A DNA stretch of 64,000 nt from assembly GCA_963714085.1 (NCBI GenBank), contig OY970229.1, positions 1,472,001 through 1,536,000 of the forward strand. The letters are read 5' to 3'. How positions within the stretch are numbered: position 1 is the first letter of the stretch; each line of letters opens with the position of its first letter. Origin of the DNA: an uncultured Candidatus Micrarchaeota archaeon. GTDB taxonomy: Archaea; Micrarchaeota; Micrarchaeia; Anstonellales; Bilamarchaeaceae. The notes beneath the pieces are model-generated. The model had not been told where the DNA came from. It did no database searches and was given only the letters and a program-made list of their open reading frames with translations. The position numbers were made by a program, and so were the translations under genes. Positions 58,739-64,000 of this stretch are shown piece by piece.

Positions 58739-59203
58739 ATGTTGGATAAGATAGACGAAACGGACCTGATGATACTGAAGGAGCTCCGCGAGAACTGCAA
58801 GCAGCCGGTGAAGGAGCTCGCGAAATCGCTAAAGATACATCCGAACACGCTGCTCCAGAGGATAAAGAAGCTGGAGAAGCAGAAGGTCATAATCAAGTAC
58901 ACGGCGGAAGTGGATTTCCGCAAGCTCGGCTACGACCTCCAGGCCGTCATAATGGGGGAGGTCAGGAAGGGCAGGATCGGCGACCAGGAGCAGCTCCACG
59001 AGATCGCCAACATGCCCCAGGTTCAGTACCTCTACGCGGTCACGGGCGCCTACGATGTGATCGCATCCGTGAGGGTGAAGAACAGGGACGAGCTGGTGGC
59101 AGTGCTGGGGAAGATAGGCCAGCACCCCATAATCGAGAAGACGATGACGCACATAGTGCTCTTCAGCTACAAGCACCCCTACGAGTTCAACCCCCTGCTG
59201 TGA
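58739..59203 (+). CDS. Lrp/AsnC transcriptional regulator
   Basis: IDETDLMILKEL, RIKKLE, VTGAYD. Confidence 0.92.
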   Translation: MLDKIDETDLMILKELRENCKQPVKELAKSLKIHPNTLLQRIKKLEKQKVIIKYTAEVDFRKLGYDLQAVIMGEVRKGRIGDQEQLHEIANMPQVQYLYAVTGAYDVIASVRVKNRDELVAVLGKIGQHPIIEKTMTHIVLFSYKHPYEFNPLL

Positions 59204-59205
59204 GG

Positions 59206-60150
59206 TCAGCGCAGGCGGAAAACGCAGGATACGAGCAGCGGGAACCTGTCGTGCTCCTCGTCCACGGCGCGTATCTTGGAATCGGGCACCATCTCGAAGC
59301 CGATATGCCGCATGTTGGCGTAGAATTTGCTGAGCCAGAACGGCTCGTCGATGCCGAAGTTCGAAAGCCCCCTGGCCACTTTCCTTGAGAGGTGCCTGTT
59401 CATTATCACGGGCGGATGGGAGAACTCCATGCTTATCAGGAACCCGTCCCTGGCCATCTTCTCCCGTATGGCCTCTAGGATGGGGACGCGCTCGTCCACC
59501 GGCAGCCAGCGGAAGATGTCCGAAGCCAGCACCAGGTCCGCCTTTTCTTTCCCTATGCACGTCCGGGACAGGTCGAGGGAAGGAAGGTCCCTGAGGTCCA
59601 TGAGCAGGTATTCCATCTGGAGGGACGGAATCCCACCGTGGTGCTCTAAGAGCAGCCCTTTCTTGGCCGCCGCAGCGTCCAGGGCAGCAGGATTGTAATC
59701 TATCCCTAGTATGCTCATCTTTCTCGTGCCCGCCTCCAAGGCCTCTATTACCGAAGGCCTGCGGACTATCCTCCTGTCCAGCTTGCCTGTGCCTGATCCC
59801 ACGTCCACAACCAGGCGACAATTTTTGATATAGTCGCTGTATATCCCGCGGAGCCTGCCAGTCTGGAGCTCATAGATCGGATCCCGGTGGAGGTCGTAGC
59901 GGGTGTTGTACCTCTCGCCGGACGATTTCTGCTCCGCTATCGTGAAGAACCTGGTGAATGTGTGGTGAAGTGCGTGTACCCGCCTCTGGGTCCTGTCCGA
60001 CCTCGGTATCACCCTCTTTTTCCAGACGTTTATCAACGGCTTGGCGTTGTCCTCGGAAACATAGGCGTTCCTGAAGCCGGGGCTCCGGGCGGATAAAATA
60101 CGAGGCGGTCTTGCCATCTCTGACTTGTGTTGAAGAAGATGTCTTCCCAT
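59206..60150 (-). CDS. Class I SAM methyltransferase-like protein
   Basis: VVDVGSGTG, ILGIDYN, ADLVLAS. Confidence 0.75.
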   Translation of the reverse strand: MGRHLLQHKSEMARPPRILSARSPGFRNAYVSEDNAKPLINVWKKRVIPRSDRTQRRVHALHHTFTRFFTIAEQKSSGERYNTRYDLHRDPIYELQTGRLRGIYSDYIKNCRLVVDVGSGTGKLDRRIVRRPSVIEALEAGTRKMSILGIDYNPAALDAAAAKKGLLLEHHGGIPSLQMEYLLMDLRDLPSLDLSRTCIGKEKADLVLASDIFRWLPVDERVPILEAIREKMARDGFLISMEFSHPPVIMNRHLSRKVARGLSNFGIDEPFWLSKFYANMRHIGFEMVPDSKIRAVDEEHDRFPLLVSCVFRLR

Positions 60151-60298
60151 ATGTTATAATATACGTAGGTAAGGGTTTATAAAATATCGCGCGCCCGCTG
60201 TTCTATCCGCCGTGCTTTAGGGGCTGCTGTGGAGGTATATAAAGTAACATGTATGAACCGATTATTATTTAAATATCATCCTACAATATATCTATTAT

Positions 60299-61183
60299 AT
60301 GAACAAAAATTACCCGCGAGGAGTTGGTATGCTGAAAGAGCTCACGCCCACTCCTTTTTACAGGCCCAGAACGGGCCCAAGGACATGCGTCCCGGGCAGG
60401 AAGGATCCCATGGCGGAGCCACTGCACCCGGAGAACCCATACTCCAGCCCCACGCGTTTCGCGCGGCATCAGGAAGACACCGGCCATTTCGCCATCGAGA
60501 AATACCTATTAGGCGCCATGCTCGACGAGGTGGGGGAAACGGTAGTTTCCCTGGGCTGCGGGAACGGAGAGTTGGACCGCGAACTGGTCGTCATGCGCTC
60601 GCAAGAGCTTCTCAAAGGCGGCAGGCTCCGGGTGCTTGGCGTGGACTGCGAGGAAAGCATGCTCAGAGTTGCCCGTGACGAAATGAGAGCGCTCATAGAT
60701 GCAAACTCCACACTCAAGAACGCAGACAGAGAGAAGCGGCTGGTTTGCCAATACAAAGCCGCAACGATCGGCGGCCCATCCTTCGCCGACCTCGACCTGA
60801 GGGACACCGCGATAGGCAGCTCCGCTCCAGACACCTTCCTATCCTTCATGCTATTCGTCATCTGGGCGAGGAGAAGGGAGGCTGCGATAGTGGCGATAGC
60901 GGACAAATCCAGGAGCGCGAGCGGATCGGTACGGGCCACGACATTCATAAGCGCAGAGGAGTACCCCACGCGCTTGACCCCGGACCCGTCGTTACCGCCC
61001 GCCTTCGTGGGCGCGGTGATGGAGCGCAAGGCCAAGGGCGAGGTGGACCCCGTGACGATATGGGACTCCTTCTGCAGGCACGGATTCGCATACAAAAGCG
61101 GCCCAAACAACACTTCGCTCGGCTCCCCGAGTACCGATCACGTATTCAGGTCTGCGGTTCTCGAGTACATCGGGCGGGACTGA
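60299..61183 (+). CDS. Class I SAM methyltransferase-like protein
   Basis: VVSLGCGNGE, VLGVDCEESML. Confidence 0.7.
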   Translation: MNKNYPRGVGMLKELTPTPFYRPRTGPRTCVPGRKDPMAEPLHPENPYSSPTRFARHQEDTGHFAIEKYLLGAMLDEVGETVVSLGCGNGELDRELVVMRSQELLKGGRLRVLGVDCEESMLRVARDEMRALIDANSTLKNADREKRLVCQYKAATIGGPSFADLDLRDTAIGSSAPDTFLSFMLFVIWARRREAAIVAIADKSRSASGSVRATTFISAEEYPTRLTPDPSLPPAFVGAVMERKAKGEVDPVTIWDSFCRHGFAYKSGPNNTSLGSPSTDHVFRSAVLEYIGRD

Positions 61184-61222
61184 CTCTCAGGAAAAAACAG
61201 CCAAAAAAATGAAAAGATCCCC

Positions 61223-61417
61223 TTAGATGCGGGGATATCTGGTTACCTGGCTGATGAGGTCCACGTGCGAGAGGAACATCCTCCTGCAGCAGTACCTCCT
61301 CACGCCCAGGTCATCGAGCGCCTCGTCCTTGGGCTTCGCCTTGGCCAGCTCGTTGTATCTCTCGTTGAGATGGCCGACCACGGATCCGCAGGAGAAACAT
61401 CGTATGGGGAATTCCAT
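61223..61417 (-). CDS. rpoN: RNA polymerase subunit N (Rpo10)
   Basis: PIRCFSCG...RYCCRRM. Confidence 0.96.
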   Translation of the reverse strand: MEFPIRCFSCGSVVGHLNERYNELAKAKPKDEALDDLGVRRYCCRRMFLSHVDLISQVTRYPRI

Positions 61418-61423
61418 ATCCGA

Positions 61424-62029
61424 TCACCTGTATGACTTCTGGAACCTGGCCCTGGCCTTCGGTCCCTTGTATTTCTTGGACTCCACCCTCCTGATGTCCT
61501 CGACAACCAGCGAGCGGTCGATGTCCACGAATTTTTCCCTTAGGTTCGTGCCCTCGAAGTATTTCACGAGGGCGTTGGCGATCGCGGTCCTGGCCGCCTG
61601 GGCCTGGCCCATGGAGCCTCCGCCGAAGACGGTGACCGAGATATCCAGGTCGTTCGCTTCCGGGCCGGTGTATCGCAGCGGCTCGCGGATTATCTCGCGG
61701 ACGTACATGTTGTTGTAGGAATCCAGAAGGACCTTGTTGATCCTTATCCTGCCCTTGCCCGGCTTCACCGTCGCCCTGGCAATCGCCAGCTTCCTCTTCC
61801 CCCTAGCGACCACGGCCTTGGATTTCTGCTTCTTCTGCTTCTTGGCCTTTGGCGCGGGCTTCTCCGCCGCCGGCTTCTCCGCGACCTTCTGCGGCTCGGC
61901 CTTGGCTTCGGTATCGGGCTTCTTCTCGACAGCCTCCTTCTTGGCCTTCGCAGCCGGCGCCTCGGCCTTCTTATCCGGCGCCTTCGGCCGGGCGGCCTTC
62001 TTCTCCACTTTCTCTGGTTTATCGGTCAT
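61424..62029 (-). CDS. rps9: Ribosomal protein S9 with K/A/P/E-rich N-extension
   Basis: GKRKLAIARA, GGGSMGQA, ARARFQKSYR. Confidence 0.96.
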   Translation of the reverse strand: MTDKPEKVEKKAARPKAPDKKAEAPAAKAKKEAVEKKPDTEAKAEPQKVAEKPAAEKPAPKAKKQKKQKSKAVVARGKRKLAIARATVKPGKGRIRINKVLLDSYNNMYVREIIREPLRYTGPEANDLDISVTVFGGGSMGQAQAARTAIANALVKYFEGTNLREKFVDIDRSLVVEDIRRVESKKYKGPKARARFQKSYR

Positions 62030-62033
62030 CGTA

Positions 62034-62450
62034 TCAACCTGAATATCCGATCATCCTGCACAGATCGCGTATCGTGATGTACTTCGCGCCCTTCTTCAGC
62101 GGCATCGCGGCCTCGGGCGCCACGGGCTTGAGGTTCTTCGGGTTCCCGGTGTACACCAGGAGCTTGTGGTACGCCTCCCTGCCCCGCGCCCTGTCCCATG
62201 GCAGCATGCCGCGTATCATCCTCTTCACGAGCATGTGCGGCAGCTTCGACCACTTGGGCGAGTGCTCCGGAGTGCCCTTGTGCTTGGCCGCGCGCCTCGC
62301 GCGGAGCTTGGCCGTTATGGACTTCGGATTTCCCGAGAGCACCATCTGCTCCGCGTTTATCAGCTGGACCTCCTCGCCGCGCAGTATGGTCTTCGCGACG
62401 CGGCTCGCGGTCCGCCCGAAAATCATGCCTTTGCCGTCTATGACAACCAT
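62034..62450 (-). CDS. rpl13: Ribosomal protein L13
   Basis: IDGKGMIFGRTAS, INAE, IRGMLP. Confidence 0.94.
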   Translation of the reverse strand: MVVIDGKGMIFGRTASRVAKTILRGEEVQLINAEQMVLSGNPKSITAKLRARRAAKHKGTPEHSPKWSKLPHMLVKRMIRGMLPWDRARGREAYHKLLVYTGNPKNLKPVAPEAAMPLKKGAKYITIRDLCRMIGYSG

Positions 62451-62460
62451 CGTGAACACC

Positions 62461-62814
62461 TTACCTCAGAATGACTACGCCCCTGCCGTCCGGGTTGGAC
62501 TTGCACAGCGACTCTATGCTGAGCGTCTTCCCGCCGGCCTCGCCGATGAGCTTCCTCGCGGTCCCGCTGAACGCGAACGCCGCGACCGTGAGCTTCTTGG
62601 ACAGCGCACCCGAGCCGAGCACCTTGCCTGGCACGAGCACCGTGGCCCCATCGTCCCCGTAGGATTCGAGCTTGCTGAGGTTGACCTCCACGCGCTGGCG
62701 CCTGGGCCTCGAGAGCTCGAGGGCCACCTTCTTCCAAATGGGCTTCTTCTCCCGCACCAGCGCATCCACGAGCGATGCGAGTACCGGGTTGTCCTTGACC
62801 TTCTTCGTCTTCAT
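62461..62814 (-). CDS. rpl18e: Ribosomal protein L18e
   Basis: PRRQRVEVNLSKL, VPGKVLGSG, AFAFS. Confidence 0.95.
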   Translation of the reverse strand: MKTKKVKDNPVLASLVDALVREKKPIWKKVALELSRPRRQRVEVNLSKLESYGDDGATVLVPGKVLGSGALSKKLTVAAFAFSGTARKLIGEAGGKTLSIESLCKSNPDGRGVVILR

Positions 62815-62925
62815 GAAATCGCCTCTCGGGCGCGCATCGCGGGATCGCGCGCCGGCTCGCCCTCCCAGTGGGAGAACTCTAATAAGCAGGATGATAATGG
62901 AGAGGAAAGTTTATAAATAAAGTCT

Positions 62926-63498
62926 TTAGGGGGAGTCCCTGTGGTTGTGCCTGGCCCCGTGCTCCCTCAGCGCCGTCGCGATATCCCCGTGCCTCCCGAG
63001 GATCGCGAACATCGGCGCAGTCCCGTGGTATTTGTCCTGGGTGTTCACGTTCGCCCCGTTCGCGATGAGGAGCTCAACGAGCTCCCCGTATCCCCAGAAC
63101 GCGGCCCGCATCAGCGCGGTCTGGCCGAAGATGTCCCTCGCGTTCACGTGCGCGCCGTTCGCGATGAGGGCCTTGGCCATCTCGGTCTCGCCCCTGTATG
63201 CGGCCAGCATGAGCGGCGTCGCCTCCAGGTGGTCCCTCGCATCCACATCCGCCCCTGCCTTCACCAGTTTCACCACGAACTCCACTCTGCCCTTTTCCAC
63301 GGCCCTGAGCAGCCTCTTATTCAGCTGTCTGTGCCTTTTCAAAGCCCCTCCACCCATCTTGGCGGGCTGCGGCAGCTGGTCCTGCCCTGAGCCGCTCCTC
63401 CTGAACACGCCACGGCTGGCTGTAACCGTCCTGGGTGGGAGCTTTCTCGGCCTTCTTCTCTCTACGAGAGGTGGCACGGGGTGACTCGTCTCGCTCAT
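62926..63498 (-). CDS. Ankyrin-repeat protein
   Basis: TPLMLAA, GADVDARD, TALMRAA. Confidence 0.88.
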   Translation of the reverse strand: MSETSHPVPPLVERRRPRKLPPRTVTASRGVFRRSGSGQDQLPQPAKMGGGALKRHRQLNKRLLRAVEKGRVEFVVKLVKAGADVDARDHLEATPLMLAAYRGETEMAKALIANGAHVNARDIFGQTALMRAAFWGYGELVELLIANGANVNTQDKYHGTAPMFAILGRHGDIATALREHGARHNHRDSP

Positions 63499-64000
63499 CA
63501 GTTCGCACCGCTCTTCCCCAGCATCTTCTCGATCTGCCTATGGGCAACGTCCGTGAAGCCGACGGTCGCGTATTTCATCGGGGTCATCAGATAATCATCG
63601 GCCGCGTTCGGGTCGGCGCCGTTCTTCAGGAGCAGTTCCACCGCTTCCACGAAGCCCCCGGCGGCGGCCCACATCAGCGGCGTCTTCTGGTTCCTGTCCC
63701 GCGCGTTCACCTCCGCGCCGTCAGCGACGAGCCGTTGCGTCATCCTCAAGTTCCCGGTCTGGACGGCCCACACCAGCGCGGTCCAGCCGTTCTTGTCCTT
63801 GGCCTCCAGATCTGCGTGGTTGTCCATGAAGAAGTCCGCGACTGCGTCGTTCTTGTTGCTGATGGCCAGTATCAGCGGCGTGTCGCCGGAGTTGTTCCTC
63901 GTGTTCAGGTCCTCGCCCTTCTCGACCAGCGCCCTCAGGGTTTTCGTGTCGCCGCTGAACATGGTCGCATCTTCGACCGTGGCCTTCTTGCAGCCCGTGA
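63498..64000 (-). CDS. Ankyrin-repeat protein, 5' end beyond the window (TGC lipobox-like near edge)
   Basis: GDTPLILA, GWTALVWA, KTPLMWAA; frame open to the window end. Confidence 0.88.
   Translation of the reverse strand, partial: TGCKKATVEDATMFSGDTKTLRALVEKGEDLNTRNNSGDTPLILAISNKNDAVADFFMDNHADLEAKDKNGWTALVWAVQTGNLRMTQRLVADGAEVNARDRNQKTPLMWAAAGGFVEAVELLLKNGADPNAADDYLMTPMKYATVGFTDVAHRQIEKMLGKSGAN

Overview
Archaeal genomic window, most consistent with a GC-rich DPANN archaeon (Micrarchaeota-like). This placement is inferred from a divergent stand-alone 16S rRNA, archaeal ribosomal proteins, aEF-1A, Kae1, Hjc and Dph5. Housekeeping blocks are: eIF5A-S24e-S27ae-CAAX protease-Kae1; L1-L10-L12-Lsm-EF1A; aspS-gatC-gatA-gatB; L7Ae-S28e-L24e-ndk; gltX; class II RNR; FBP aldolase/phosphatase; L18e-L13-S9-rpoN. 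These alternate with orphan accessory genes that are often tandemly or internally duplicated. Most notable observations: (1) the 16S rRNA carries two ORF-less mini-introns (48 and 39 nt), each closed by a bulge-helix-bulge (BHB) motif; (2) the RNR holds three inteins, and the middle one is followed by Lys instead of the Cys/Ser/Thr required for canonical splicing; (3) an orphan copy of the Kae1 3' end, differing only synonymously over 14 codons, brackets a lipoprotein cassette and suggests insertion with 3'-end restoration; (4) several unusual architectures: a 4.5x tandem HTH protein, a ThrRS-editing domain/methyltransferase fusion, a duplicated sigma-region-4/alphaCTD-like protein, and tandem radical SAM genes behind a TrmB remnant. 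All family calls are by eye from motifs; no searches were run. Some apparent frameshifts may be assembly errors.
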